Origin: Anolis carolinensis
Lineage: Eukaryota
DNA: 64,000 bases
NCBI RefSeq assembly: GCF_035594765.1
Contig: NC_085841.1
Span: 258,312,689 to 258,376,688, forward strand
Direction: 5' to 3'
Shown here: piece by piece, positions 10,531 to 23,977 of the stretch
Position numbering within the stretch: the first letter of the stretch is position 1
How the letters are laid out: every line of letters starts with the position of its first letter
Position numbers and translations under genes: made by a program
Notes under the pieces: model-generated
What the model saw: only the letters and a program-made list of their open reading frames with translations
Told to the model about the DNA's origin: nothing
Database searches by the model: none

Positions 10531-11569
10531 ACAAACACAGCCAAAATGAGGCCAAGGAAACCTGTGTCCATTAGAATTCTTTCTTCAGTGCAAATGACCT
10601 TCTTACAGCGACACCAGAGGCACTCAAATTGGTCAGCTCCTGGTCAAAGGAAATTTAGAATAATGCCAATTTTTTAACTTTGTTTGTGGTTTTTGTATAC
10701 ATTATAATTGTATTTTCAATTCACTTCTGACATGATAAATAAATAAATGCAAATGAAGTCAGAGGAACTGCCTCCAAGGTAGCATTTACCCAAGCACTGT
10801 GACCACTGCTCATGGTTCATTTTGGGAAGAAAAAAGTACCTGTGGACTATAATCACATTATTTTAAAACTGATACATTTTCATTTTATGCAACATTTAGA
10901 TATGTTGTTATATCAAATGGCACACATATCCTATTAATCAGGGCTGAGCAATTTCTGGTGGAATGGAGAGCCAGTTCCTACCGCTGCATCCAGACCATCA
11001 TTTTGGCATTGGGCATGGCTAGACATTCATTTCTAATTTTTTAAATTACAGTTTGAGGAAAAAATAAGAAGTGCATGATGAGGTTGGTAGGTTTTGTTTT
11101 AAGGGAGAACAATACCATCCAGAGTTGTCTCTGTGTGTGATTCTCCTTTCACTGAAAGATTTATGGAGTGGGTACCAGGACCAAAAAAATCAGGTAGGAA
11201 AAGAAATCTACACACTGCATATAGCTCATGTGTTGTTCACCCCTTCCTCATACAGTAGGAAGAACCTAACAAGCAAAGTGTCTGTCTCTTGAAAGAAGCC
11301 AATGACCACATTAAACATGCTGAAAGAAATGCAAAACAACAGCATCATGCTAGACAGAAATGAGATATACGATTCCACTACCTATGTTCCATGAAGGCTT
11401 TTGATCCTACGCCAGCCTTTTTTGAAGATATTTAACAGTTACAAGAGAAGGATTATATGAGTCTACTTTGCCATATAATCCAGTTCAAAGCATAGATGCT
11501 TATGACAGAAGATGCCAGCTACATGTTCAGGATTACAACCACAGCAAAAGAGAGCTATAAACTAAGGGC

Positions 11570-12100
11570 AATTTTGTTATTATATTTTCATCATGGTTAC
11601 CATCATTTATTCATAAACACGTACAAATTATCCATAGAATCCAGACTGTTTAAAAATACTTCAATTAAAAATAAAACATAACAGTCAACAAAACACCATA
11701 TTATTAAAAGCCATAGCACTTAATTCCTGTTAAGATATAAATTTCCACTTGCAGAAAAAGACAGCAAGGAGGGTGCAATTCTAGGCCCTTTCTACACTGC
11801 CATATAAAATCCAGATTATCTGCTTTGAACTGGATTATATGGCAATGTAGACTCATATAATCCCATTCAAAGCAGATAATGTAGATTATCTGATTCGATA
11901 ATCTGGATTATATGACAGTGTAGAAGGGGCCAAAGAACTGGAAAGGAGGTCCAAGAACTGGGAGCAGGCACCAAGAAGAGCCATTCTTTTGTTTCTATCA
12001 CATGTCGTTTGGAAGGTGCTGGGGCCAAGTAGGGTATCCCCCAATATCTTAGGGCACATCAGGTTCTTATTGGAGCACAATGATCCTTTAACTAGCCTTA
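11570..12100 (-). mobile_element. Degenerate L2 3' region split by a Harbinger MITE
   Basis: AAAGACAGCAAGGAGGGTGCAATTCTA[MITE]...GGAAAGGAGGTCCAAGAACTGGGAGCAGGCACCAAGAAGAGCC parallels 32240-32330. Confidence 0.5.
11784..11931. mobile_element. PIF/Harbinger-type MITE
   Basis: TIR GGCCCTTTCTACACTGCCATATAA / TTATATGACAGTGTAGAAGGGGCC; internal palindromic repeats. Confidence 0.88.
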
Positions 12101-12162
12101 TAGCTATGTTAGTTTAGACCTGCGGAAAAAGCCCACAAAACTTAGTACTCCTTCACTAGACC

Positions 12163-13068
12163 TGTCAGGACCCAGGTTGCAGAGCACCAATAACCATACG
12201 CAGAGGCCAGAATCTATCTAATATCTTTATTAAGAAATTATATAAAGTCAATAAAAACAAGTGTAGAATATAGTCCAGAAGTAGACCCTTCAGGAAAGGT
12301 CAAATATAGTCCAGGAAAGCAATGTCCAATATGAGATATTAAAGTCCAAAGTTATAATCCACTTCACCGAAACACACACTATTTAGCAAGCAATAGTGTG
12401 GGGAACTGTCCATAGTCTTTGAGGCTCAAGGTAAATCCAAAGGAAGGGAAAACAAGGCTGGAATCCGAGAAGCAGGGTCCGTGGTTTAAAACGCAAGGCA
12501 AGGCAAGACTTGAGACTTGGCAAGGTCCAACTTGAAACAAGACAATCGTGGAACAAGAACTGAGTCCATAGAAATCCGTGGAACAAGGCAGGGCTGGAAA
12601 CTTGATTCAGGAGCTGGGAACTGGGGTACGAAGTCTACACACGATCTCACTCCACGAGCTGACGAATTGACTCCGCAAGGAATCCTTTGTGGCCAAACAT
12701 CTATATAGGATCTTGTTTTCCCGCCAAAGCACACTTTCTCTGGGGAACAAGAACCGAAACCTATACTGTCCAGATGCAGGACTCCTTAAACTTTCCCAAG
12801 GGAAACAGACTTAATTATCTAATTGTCTGGCAGCTATCCGGGTGCTTCGGCGAGTCGCTCCCGAGTGTGTCTATCTTGATTATAATAAAGGCGGCGAGAA
12901 AATGGGGGAGATTTCTCCTCAAGGCTTGTTTGGCTGACTTCTTGTGGGCAAACATCCTGCAGCTGCAAGGGCTCCAAATCTGGCAGAAACGGTGGGAAAC
13001 CCAAGTTTTCCTCTTCATCTGTCACAACAGTACTAGGAACGGGACTACATGGCCCATGTGTCATCACA
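12163..13068 (-). mobile_element. Solo LTR, 906 bp (Gypsy-like)
   Basis: TG...CA ends, perfect 5-bp TSD AGACC (12158-12162, 13069-13073), minus-strand AATAAA near 12225, CpG retention suggests it is young. Confidence 0.9.
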
Positions 13069-14079
13069 AGACCACACATAGCTTTCTCATTAATGGATAG
13101 CACATATACAATAGCTTAGATATATCTTTATTTGGAAGCAATTCTTGCTTATCCCAGGTAACCAGCCAAATGGTTCTTACAAACCTGGAGAGAGTGGGCA
13201 CTCTTTCTGATCAATATTCTTTTGTACTTGCTAGTTTAATGCAGTAGCACTAAACAGATAAGCACCCAGAGGCCAAATTGTATTTATCATGAAACTAAGG
13301 AGTATTTCAATTGTAAAGCCACACAATAGCTAGCAAAAATGTAACATCTCCTGCCCTGTGATTTTGAGTGTTTTCATGTCATGAGCCAAGCAGGCTTTGA
13401 GATTTTGATTATCCCTAGCTTAACGGTGTATGAGCCCAATCCTGATGTTTCACAACTCAGATTCAAGAGAATTGAGAGTGTAATTATGCACATTGTACTG
13501 GGAGCAAATCCCACAGAATTTAGTGAGCCTTATTTTATGGGTAAGCATCCATGGGATCAGGCTACAAAGACTGATTTGCATGGTCTTTTCAGAAGGTAAG
13601 GTACTTATAATCTGATGTGCTGCTCTATACATGTTCACCTTTCCCTCTGGAGCACAAGACTAGTTTCAATTTACATCTATGATGTATTGCAATGTTTCCA
13701 GCGAATGGTGTTATGTCAGCTGCTATTCTGGTTTGATACTATTATAATAAAAGCCAACAGTTAAAATTAGCAGAAGACAGCAGGGGGCACATGTGCTGCG
13801 CTCTTTGAAAATGATTAAAAATTGCATTGCAAAACCGTCACTACTTTGGATTCCACCCTGGCAAGTGGAAAGTCCCACAGCAAATACTGAGTGTGGGCTG
13901 TCTGCGCTCTAACAAACCCTTGTATTTCTATCCGGTTTCAGAGATCTTGCCTTGGCCAGCCCAACAAGATTATCACGATGGGTCTGGAGGACTTGCGACT
14001 ATCACAATGTTTTGCCTCGGAATTATCTGAATCTCGATCACATTAGCTTTGTTTTTCTCTGAGAGCTGCATAAATGAGT

Positions 14080-14084
<5 letters not shown>

Positions 14085-14125
<41 letters not shown>
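14085..14125 (+). repeat. (CT)n(GT)n compound microsatellite
   Basis: Directly visible. Confidence 0.95.
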
Positions 14126-14126
<1 letters not shown>

Positions 14127-15171
14127 ACATGCAAACGTTTATGGGCAAAGAAGGGCAATTTTATTTTCATTCATCCTCAGTAGCATTGGTCAATTTAGAA
14201 ATATATGAAAAGAAGCAATTGGCAGAATGGTTTATTCAGGAGAAGAGGCTGGGAAATAAAATGCATTAGCACAATTTTATGGTCCCGTAACCACTTTTCT
14301 GTCCTCTTGAACCTCAATTTGTAAGCCTTCACCTCTTTAGCTGAATTGACTTGATCAACATCTACAGCAGAGAGAAGTGATGGGAATCAATTCTGGGTCA
14401 GAAAACCAGCTTCTGACAAAAGGGCAAAGAAGTAATGGCTTGTTTTGCTGTTTTCCAGGCTACTTTTTTAGACTGTAAAAACCGATTTCATTCAAAGAGG
14501 GCAAATTCCTGCTGCTCTGAATGCTTGAGCATTCACTAAAGCTGTACCTTAGCAGCCACCACCCACAAAGCAAGAAGTTATAAATAAAAGTCAAGTCCCA
14601 ATGATGAGGACCCAGCAAAAAAAAGTTTATGGATTAGCAGGCAGGCAGATGGATGGACACCTCTTCTTTCATTCCCCAGCCAATGCCTTAATAGAGCTGA
14701 AATGAATATTATCAAATTTTGCACACAGGCATTTAAAAAAACTACTGGCTTTTCTCAGCGAAAGAGAAGTAACATCCTTCTTAGCACCCAAAGGTCATTC
14801 TTCTTAGCAATCATGTGGGAAAGTTCAACCATGTAAGTGTTGGGTGTTGCTCATAAATCATTGGGCCTAAACGATGTTTTATCAATGAGTATGGAAGCCT
14901 TTCAGGAGCAACAATATCAGACTCACTAATAAAAAGATGTAATTTATCATTAAAATAGCTACTTTACCAACATATTGGAAGAAAGCTGGTGTTATGTTCC
15001 TCTGTTAAAAAAGATATTACGGTTGAACCTGGCAACAATAGACCAAAGGTTTTCATATCTGGGCTGGGAAAAATGCATCATAGCTGGAGTTTGAACTAAT
15101 CTCACTGGCAATCATTTAGGCCAGCAACTAGGAAGAGCAGACAGAAATGGAAATGCCTGTCTATGAGACTA

Positions 15172-15311
15172 GGGCTAGATCTACACTGCCCTATATACCA
15201 GGAGTTGATCACAGATTATCATCTTATCCCAGATTATCTGGCAGTGTAGATTCATATAATCCAGTTCAAAGCAGATTAGATCCTGGGATATAGGGCAGTG
15301 AAGATCCAGTC
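15172..15311. mobile_element. PIF/Harbinger-type MITE
   Basis: GGCTAGATCTACACTGCCCTATAT / ATATAGGGCAGTGAAGATCCAGTC; core shared with 11784-11931. Confidence 0.82.
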
Positions 15312-16095
15312 TGGGATGTCTTACTGAGGACTCAGGTATAGATGTACTATCTATTGAACTCTCTATTTTTCTATCCACCTATCTACTAAACCTTCCCAAC
15401 ACATGCATACACATACACACGTTTCCAGGAATACTATAATATTTTTCTGTGTGATTGTGTTGGACTATGATGGGTTTTGTATGATGCTCACTGGTTGACC
15501 AACTTTTAGATTAACCTCATAAGATTGTTGTGAGAATACGCCTCCATGAAGCTGGTATATAAAGGCAGTAAATAAATAAATAGAAAGTTGAGAGGTGGAA
15601 ATTATTGGGACTTAGTCCTTTGTTAATTCTCTCATTCACAGATAATGTTTCAGCTATATGTCAGTTCTTTATAGATTGATAATGATTTTAGAGACTGTTT
15701 TAGCTTCCATCAGAGAAAATGTTCATTTTGCATAACCCCATCTTGTAGACCTAATAAGATAACCAATGGAGCGAGTCATACATTACATATTGTCAATTGT
15801 TTTCATTTCCTTCAATACTCTGATCCAATAAATTTATATTACGTATAATGAGAGTATCAATTTTTCACTTCTTTACATTAATGTCCCTTTGAATAAAACC
15901 AATGGGAAACGTTCCTGATTCTAGCAAAATCAAAGATTTATTTCTGAATTGGCATACCCAGGCATAACCACACACACACATCCTTTAGTTCATGCAAAAC
16001 TATTGATATGCCTTTCAAGACAGCTAACTGTCTTGAATAATGGTGAGTAGAAAGTGCAGGAACTGATATGGATGCCTATGTCTTTGAAAGGTTCC

Positions 16096-16150
16096 TATTA
16101 TTACTGCTGTTGTTGTTGTTGTTGTTGTTGTTATTGCTATTACTATTATT
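16096..16150 (+). repeat. (TTG/TTA)n microsatellite
   Basis: Directly visible; source of poly-Leu and poly-Asn ORFs. Confidence 0.9.
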
Positions 16151-16419
16151 AAGCTTTCTCTCTTGGTTAAGACCCAAAATGGTTAGCCCACAGCTCTGGG
16201 GCAACGGTAGACCCTCTATTTGGTTTCCCAGCGAAAGAAGGCATGCAAGACTTCTCAGAGCATAATCACAACAAGCAGCCACACAGACCAGGGATACAAT
16301 GGGGAATGGGGTGTAGGGAAGGGGGAGAAAAGGAATCTAGTAGCACTTTTGAGAATGATTTCAGCAATCCACTTCTTCAGGGTGAATATCACAATAGCTA
16401 CAAATATTATAATAATATT

Positions 16420-16636
16420 GAGAGCCAGTATGGAGTAGTGGTTTGAAAACTGTACTAAGACTCTATGTGAATCTCCACTCAGCCATGGAAACCCACTGAG
16501 CAACCTTGGGTGTGTCACACTCTCTCAGCCTCAGAGGAAGGCAAAGGCAAACCTCTTCTGAACAAATCCTGCCACAAAAATCGCATGACAGGGTCAGCAT
16601 AAGTCACAAGCAACTTGAGGGCACACAATGAGAACA
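16420..16636 (+). mobile_element. CORE-like tRNA SINE with RTE tail, near full length
   Basis: GAGAGCCAGTATGGAGTAGTGG head, CAGCCATGGAAACCCACTG body, GGGTCAGCATAAGTCACAAGCAACTTGAGGGCACAC tail. Confidence 0.8.
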
Positions 16637-17912
16637 TAGTAATAATGCAACATTGGTTCCATTAGTGCATTTGAAGAAATGTATTGGTATCCAGAAAAAC
16701 TCATGCTAAAATAAATCAAACTATCTCAAAAGGACTACTAAGCTCCTTCTGCCTCCCTCCTTTATATGCTGTGGCTGAATAACAAGGTTGTCTCTTTGAA
16801 AACAGTCTGGGAATACAAAATTATTCTATCTGAGCCGCGTGTTGAAGGCAACCAATCCACTTCATGCTTCCTGGACTGGAACATAATGAACGATTCTTAA
16901 GAGTGAGCATTTCTCCAAATTTTGCACTGCAAGTTGTGGCCCAAAAATTGCATTCAAAAGTTTGAATGTCAGGCAAATGTGTATGTTGAAAAGGTTGTGT
17001 ATAAAGTGCATATGTCATGGGAAACTATATTAAAAAAATAAACACAGATTCACATGCATTTTAAAAAATGAGGCAGAAATTTTTTGCCAACAAGAGGCAG
17101 AAATTTGATGGAAGAAATTTATGATGAAGTATGGGAAAGCAACTACTTTTGGATTACGGTATCTTTCCCAGATTATTTTTGTTCTGCTTATGACTATGAA
17201 AGTGACATGGAGTGGCAGATGATTGACAGATCCCCCCTTCCCTGTCACATGCAGGTCTCAGCAGCCCCTGCAGCTGATACATTTGCCCTCTTCCCTGCCA
17301 CCTCTTCCCAAACCTCCAAGTCATGTGCCTGTTTGTCCATGTGCTCTGTTGGCAACTATTACCCCTCCACCTCCCTACTTCATTTGACCATTGATGGATG
17401 GCAGCTGTCAGTTTCTGGTAGAAGAACACAGAAAATGACCTGCCCAGATGGCTGGCTTTGTTGCAACTCCAGTCATCCCTTGGGTTATATAGAAAGTAGG
17501 AATATGGGACCAAAGTGGAGTACCAGGCAATGTGGAGGGGTGGGGGTGGTGGGCTATTGAAATTGGCTCAGGGAAATGTCAAATTAGAGTTGCAATTCTT
17601 CTCTCACTTCAGTCTCAAAGGAACCAAGAAGTAATTTTAGTATTTTTCTTCCCCCTCATAAGAAAATCTTCCAAAATATATTAGAAGATTGTTTGAAGTT
17701 CTAGACATCTTCTGCACAAAACTTGCATGTGGTATGTTTGTGCAGACAACCACACTTTCTGACTAGGATGCAACATTTGCGGCACATACGCAAAATAACA
17801 CTGATGTGAAGAAATATTAGTTTCTGGGCATAAAATACTCTGCAAAAAAAGCCACACGTGAATTTTGTGGAGAATAAGCATCAAACTATGAAGATTCTCT
17901 GCAACTAACCAT

Positions 17913-17974
17913 CTTCTCTGAAAATGCCAGCCACAGATGCAGATGAAACATCAGAAGAAAATGCTTCTAGAATA
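17913..17974 (+). mobile_element. Penelope-like element fragment with decayed hammerhead ribozyme motif
   Basis: CTCTGAAAATGCCAGCCACAGATGCAGATGAAACATCAGAAGAAAATGCTTCTAGAA; its 3' part matches AGGAGAGAATGCTTCTGGAA at 51237. Confidence 0.65.
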
Positions 17975-19177
17975 CTCCTATGAAGCTTCTCATTAGTTCA
18001 GGGTTCACCACACCAAGGTTTCTAATTTTCTTTAAAAAATGTTTGATATTCTTAGCAATTGTATGTGACAGGCCTGTCAGAATTCAGAAATCCTAAATAA
18101 TCCACCTTTGTTTTCTGATGGTTCAGTGTACGCACACACTGTTTCATTTACAAATTTATTTAAAACACTATGTATAAAATTACCTTCATGCTATGTATAT
18201 ACAGTGTATACAGGGGGAAAAAACTACTCAACCTGTATAAACAACTGAAATACTTACAGAGCTCATTTTCCACAGCCAGGTCTTCATGCATAAATGAAGC
18301 AAAAACTAGCCAGATGAAGAAAGCTGGGTCAACAAGTACAGGGCAAGGAGATGAGAGGGCAGCTAGCAGGCACAGTTAAGAGTTCTGCTCACTGATCTGA
18401 ACAGATCTTGTATCTATCTGGGGCAGAGGAATAGCAACTTGGGAAAAAATTATAGGGATCTTGGGAAACAAGGATCCAACTGGAGTTAAAGTCTATTAGT
18501 TACAGCTGGCTGATCATAAGAGAAGAGACTGTCTACAGTTCCAGACTGGCTGGTGTTGCCAAAGGGCAGTTGTAGAAGGCAAGGAAACCTCTTCCAAAAG
18601 CCAGTGGCACTGATTCAAGGCAAACGTGGGCCTCAAGGCCTGGCACTCATTTCCATGATGAGGTTAGTTCCAAAATACGTTTTCTAGCAATTGTGCTACC
18701 GTCAGCCTTCTGAAATCCCTGGATAAAAAAGACAGACATTTTGTTATAATAGGCATGCTTGGTATTCTGGCAAGGAATCCTCCCTGGCTTAGTCATGCTG
18801 AAACATTCAAGATCTTTTAGAATATTTGCTAGGGAGGAAGGGGTTGGTGGAAAAATAGACCTTGGATTATGAAAGCAAAACTGTCTTGCTCATTTTCAAA
18901 AGGAAACAAAAAGCTGGACTGGCAAAGATGGGGAAGAACATCACAATGAGAACGCTATGGTTAGGCAAGTTAGGCCTTCCTCTCAAGATAAAAGAAGCAT
19001 GGAGCAAGAAGTGGGGTAAAGCAAAAATGTTAAAAGTTGCTTTTGAGAAGTATAATTTGATATGGGAATTATAATCCAAAAGACACATTTTCCATGCTTT
19101 GGTTTTGAGTGATAGAGCAAGAACTCACACCAAAAGTACCATCTAAGATAATATAATAGCAAATTACCATATACAAT

Positions 19178-19300
19178 AGTTGTGATGTGCTTGGAAGTTG
19201 ACTCTAACTTAGGGTGAACATTTGCTAGGGTTTTCTTAGAAACATTTAATGGGGGAGATGGTCAAATGGAGAATCATAGTCTAACACTCAGATCTTTTCA
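19178..19300 (-). mobile_element. Degenerate, internally deleted CORE-like SINE
   Basis: GTTGTGATGTGCTTGGAAGTTGACTCTAACTTAGGGTGAAC...AGGGTTTTCTT resembles the reverse of the family tail. Confidence 0.45.
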
Positions 19301-19354
19301 TCATGTTGGCTTTGTTGTCATGTGATAAGGCAAGTAAAATAATAGCCATAATCA

Positions 19355-19633
19355 CTTAAGGGATGCCATACAGTAGATGGAATAAGCTGTTGCTCCAGAG
19401 ACTAGTACATGAAGTAATGAATTCAATGAATTCAAATTGTAAGATACTCCACCCAAACATTGCAAAGAACTTCCGAATGGTAAAAGCTGTTAGACAGTAG
19501 AATAGCATACTTCAGAAGGTGGTGCACTCTCCTTAAAGTTTTTAAACAGAGGTACTTTAACTATGGATTCCTGCATCACAAGACTGATGGCCCTTTGGGT
19601 TCTTTCCAACTATATAATTTCATGATTCTATGA
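19355..19633 (+). mobile_element. Old CR1 3' fragment
   Basis: AAACATTGCAAAGAACTTCCGAATGGTAAAAGCTGTTAGACAGT...TTCCAAC...ATGATTCTATGA. Confidence 0.75.
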
Positions 19634-19844
19634 GACCCTATTAAGAACCATTCTTAAATGGCAAATAATAAAGTAAGAGTACTGCTGAAAGAAAGATGTG
19701 ATGGAACTTTCATTGCACACACTTAATGCTGCATCTTATGTCTTCAAACAATGGCCACATCCTTACCAACTGCACAACCTCCTATCAACCTAGATCTGGT
19801 ATAAGACATTCCATTCCTGCTGCTTACATATATTATGACAAAAG

Positions 19845-20021
19845 NNNNNNNNNNNNNNNNNNNNNNNNNNNNNNNNNNNNNNNNNNNNNNNNNNNNNNNN
19901 NNNNNNNNNNNNNNNNNNNNNNNNNNNNNNNNNNNNNNNNNNNNNNNNNNNNNNNNNNNNNNNNNNNNNNNNNNNNNNNNNNNNNNNNNNNNNNNNNNNN
20001 NNNNNNNNNNNNNNNNNNNNN
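19845..20021. other. Assembly gap (177 N)
   Basis: Run of N. Confidence 1.
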
Positions 20022-21816
20022 CTATTATCATCATCACCACCATGTGAAGCTTATGCTAAATTATTTGATTCAGGTGGTAAATGTGGCATGAGATGATCTC
20101 TCCCTGGCCTCATGCCATGTTTGGTCTAAGCAATCATTTGCTTATCTCTGCCCTCTTTGAAGGTTACAAGAAACCTGAAAGAAAGGTTACTTTTCACAAA
20201 AAGGAAGCAGTCTACACAAAACAAATTGGCCTCAAACACTTGAGCACTTTGTCAACAGCATCTACAGCTACGAGGTTCTCTGCATGAAAACAAAGGCTCC
20301 TTTACTCAGCATTGCAGACAAGAACTTGGGCGCACATTGTTTTAGTCTTCTTCTTGGTATATTGTGATAAATATGGCTGAATTAAAGGTTCCATACCCCA
20401 CTTCTCCTCTTTTACTCTTTCATTCTCAGCATAGTTGAATGTTTTGTTGTTTGCTTTCTTGAGAGCATACATCCGTACCCCACCCTCATCTTTTGTGTGT
20501 TTGTTCTCATCCACCTGTCTGTAAAACTGCAGAGCTTTTTCAAGAAACCCATAGTACCCTGTGAGTATTTTGGGAGAGGAGACAACTGGCTGTACAGCTG
20601 GGGGGCAGTGACAGAAGGGAGGCAGTTAAACAGGGTGCTTCCAGATGGACAGCTCCTAGTCCCATAAATCCAAACAAATTGCATGAAGCTATTCTGTTTT
20701 GTTTTGTTTTCTTGACAGATTTTCTGAAGTAAGAGGGGGAAAAGATGGAAGACATAGTGGGTAAATATGGACAGTTTGCAAATGGAAGATTTCATCATCC
20801 AGGCCTCCTATTACATTCTGTCAGTGAGATAAAGCAATTGCTAATGAAAGCTTCATCTTAAAGCCTCATGATGTGCTTCTCCCACTACTGATTTGCAGTA
20901 TGGGAGTGAATGAGTGAAGTGAGAACTGAAGGGATGGCAATTGCCTAAGTTGGAGCAGGGTGTTTCAACTCCCAAATGAACCATAGTGGAGCATTCCTCT
21001 GTCTCTTCTGAACCTCTGCTACCTCCAGAAATTGGTTTTGTCCTACTAGGTGGAATCTGGAATTGCTCTGATCTGGCCTTTATAAGTTATGCTGCGAATG
21101 TATTTTGTCTTCCACTGAGATAAATAAACAGAATTTGTGTTGAAGCCTTTTGATGTGCTGATCTAAAGGCAGAAAGTCCTTGGGGCTTAGAAACGGAATG
21201 AATAACCTGCCCCAGAACCCATTAGAAAGGAATACATTACAGCAGATTTCATTGCTTTGCTGTGCGCTGAATGCTTGTGTGCAGAAGTGCTTTTTTCCTG
21301 TCAAACTCCTGCCCAACTGGCACTCTCCTCCACCATCCCAGCCAGTCTTCTGCCTGTCTTGCAGATGCTCCTAACAGCTAACCAGATACTCAATAAAGGC
21401 AACCAGCTCTGGCTTCAGCACAACAGTAATCTGACTGACTAGCTGGGTGCTCCTCTCCTGCTCCCTGGCAGCAATTATGACAAGGTCAAGAAGACTATGG
21501 TAAATACTGCATGGCTCGCCTGCTCCTCTTTATCCCTCTCCTCTGTCCCAAGAGAGAACAGCCTCCTTTTCACTGATAGGAGAGTCTCTGAAGTTGGGCC
21601 AGAAGGCATACATTGCACCTGTTGTCCTGTCTTCTGCAGAATGGCTGCCCAGTGCACAGAAGCCCTGCTTGACTGTCTGGCAATCTTTTCATTTCAGGAC
21701 CTGCTCCATCATGGATGCTGTGTCTTGAAATCTTTGACTGTGCTTCTGGTCTTGTTGGTCTTTAGTTGACATCTAAAGTATATGAAGCTGTGATTGGGAA
21801 GAGGGGAAACAGGAGG

Positions 21817-22392
21817 TGTCAGGGTCTGCAATATGGACAAAGATGAAAGGCTGCCAGGCCCAGCATCTGAGTCAGAAGCAAGCAGGGAACAGCAGCAGCT
21901 GCAGCCTGACACCGAGGAAGCTACCGCTACCTCAGGCAAGTGGGAGTCCTGACTTAACTCAGGATCAGGAGAGCGATGAGGCAAAGTTAAGTATTCCAGA
22001 AAGAATGCAACTAAGGACTGATTCTATTCAGCTGTGCAGATCCACCTGGCTGGCCCAGAGAAGGGCCAACAGGGTGCTTTGGGGAATAAAGAGTAGCAGT
22101 TTGGGTTTGGTATTTTGCTGGGAGCAAGGTTTGAACCTGCTACAGCTTGGAGCTCTGTCTTGTGAATTCGTGTGTATTTTTGTGTTTTGGACCTTGGCTT
22201 TGGCACTTTGGATTACGTTTAGACATGGATGATATTGGTAAGGCTCCTGGGAATGGACTGTTGACTACGTCTTCTGGAAAACCCCTGCATAGTTTGCTGT
22301 ATTAATCTGTATTGGCTTAGACCACGGACTGGCCGACGACAAGAGTTGTGACCAGTTGTTTATATTTAGAGACGCTGTGCAGGGCTACGACA
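21817..22392 (+). mobile_element. Solo LTR, about 576 bp
   Basis: TGTCAG...CGACA ends; imperfect TSD GAGG/GATG; the end GGGCTACGACA is the reverse complement of the TGTTGTAGCCC-type start at 60984. Confidence 0.72.
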
Positions 22393-23321
22393 GATGATGG
22401 AAGTGCATTGAGTCCTAATGAAATGCTACAGTCAAGTCTTCTGATCAAATCTCTCTGTGTGTATGTGTGTAGTTTGTACTTGACAAAAAAGGTTGTCTTG
22501 ACATGTCCAGACACCTCATGGGGCATGAATCCCCAGAATAATCACTTGCTGTAAGATTGTATTCCTTCACGTATTTGCACTTGGGTACTTGTTTGTCAAA
22601 TTCACTTGAAGACTTCTAGTACAAAAAAATACACAGTATCTCCCCATGCCCAATCAATACTTTCTTTTTTGAAAATTTCACAAAATGTTCCAAAATGCAA
22701 AAAAAAAAAAGAAAAAAAAAAAGCAAAATTAAAAGTGCATAAGAACTACCACAGTTTCACGCCACAGGGAGAAAGAACATTTTGGATATGATTCATCTGT
22801 GTATGCAAAAACAACAAGAAGAAAATAAGTTTTGCATCCCTGTTATTTTTACATTATTTTTTAGTTCTTTGAGTTGTTCCATTTCCTTTTCCTGCTCCTG
22901 GTCTGAATGGATACAAGGTTAACTGGCATCTTTTGTGATGAAGAACCTGCCCCTCTGCTCTACTTTCCCTCTGCGGAATAAGACTATCACTCTGTCCTGT
23001 TAAGGCAGATAAGTTGGTCTTCTGGAATTGGGGATGAAAATGAAAATGGAAGTGAATGGCATGTGTCACCTTGGCTTAGTTTTGATGAACTGGTTTCCAG
23101 AAACCTACTACCCTACACCAACGATCTTATGGCCCTTATGATTAGAAACTGGATTTTACATCCTTTACAAAAAGGAGCAAGTTATGCTTTTTTACAGCTG
23201 ACAAAAACCAAATTCTCCAACATTTCACAGATGAAAATCAGGACATGTGTGGTGATCAACCAAAATTAGAGAACGGTCAAGTGGCACAAACCATAAAAGA
23301 GGGAGAAGACACAATCTAGGG

Positions 23322-23454
23322 CAGTGGTTCTCAATCTGGGGTCCCCAGATGTATTTGGCCCACAACTGCCTGAAATCCCAGGCAGTTTACTAGCTGTTAG
23401 GATTTCTGGGAGTTGAAGGTCAAAACATCTGGGGACCCCAGGTTGAAAACCCTG
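23322..23454. mobile_element. hAT MITE
   Basis: TIRs; TSD ATCTAGGG / ATCTATGG. Confidence 0.9.
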
Positions 23455-23842
23455 ATCTATGGGAAGCTGCAGGAATTTGCTTCTAGCCGACTCTACAGGG
23501 AGGATAAGATTCCACCCCTTCTTTTCCTCTCGTATCTGCTGTGGGGCAACAGAGGATTAATCAGAACTGTTCCTGATAAATTGGGACAATTTCCTGGTAT
23601 GGCTAAAACATTTGTGTTAATAAATGAAGACCATATGAATCAGATTCTTTCAAGAGCTATCATGGAGCCTGTAGGCAACAAAAGCCCTAAAAGAGAGTCA
23701 AAACTGGGTGAAGCACTACATTTCAGCAGTGAATGTAGTACAATAATAAAAATGGAATTTGCATTTGTATTATTGGGGGTAAAGGGACTAAGAAACATGA
23801 AACTCTACAGAGAATATACAAAAGGGCAAAATAGCTATAGAG

Positions 23843-23977
23843 CAGTGGATCTCAACCTGTGCATCTACAGATGTTTTGGCCTTCAACTTCCAGAAATCCC
23901 AACAGCTGGTAAACTGGCTGGGATTTCTGGAAGTTGTAGGCCAAAACACCTGGGGACCCACAGGTTGAGGACCACTG
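23843..23977. mobile_element. hAT MITE, opposite orientation to 23322
   Basis: TIRs; TSD CTATAGAG / TTATAGAG. Confidence 0.9.

Noticed and set aside
16685-16802. Possible very old Penelope/Neptune-like fragment
   Set aside because: Too degenerate to support by eye.
17084-17560. 158-aa ORF with an acidic, aromatic start (MEEIYDEVWESNYFW)
   Set aside because: No recognisable domain or convincing splice sites; length is within chance expectation for 64 kb.
19726-20091. ORFs with long X runs
   Set aside because: Artefacts of the N gap.
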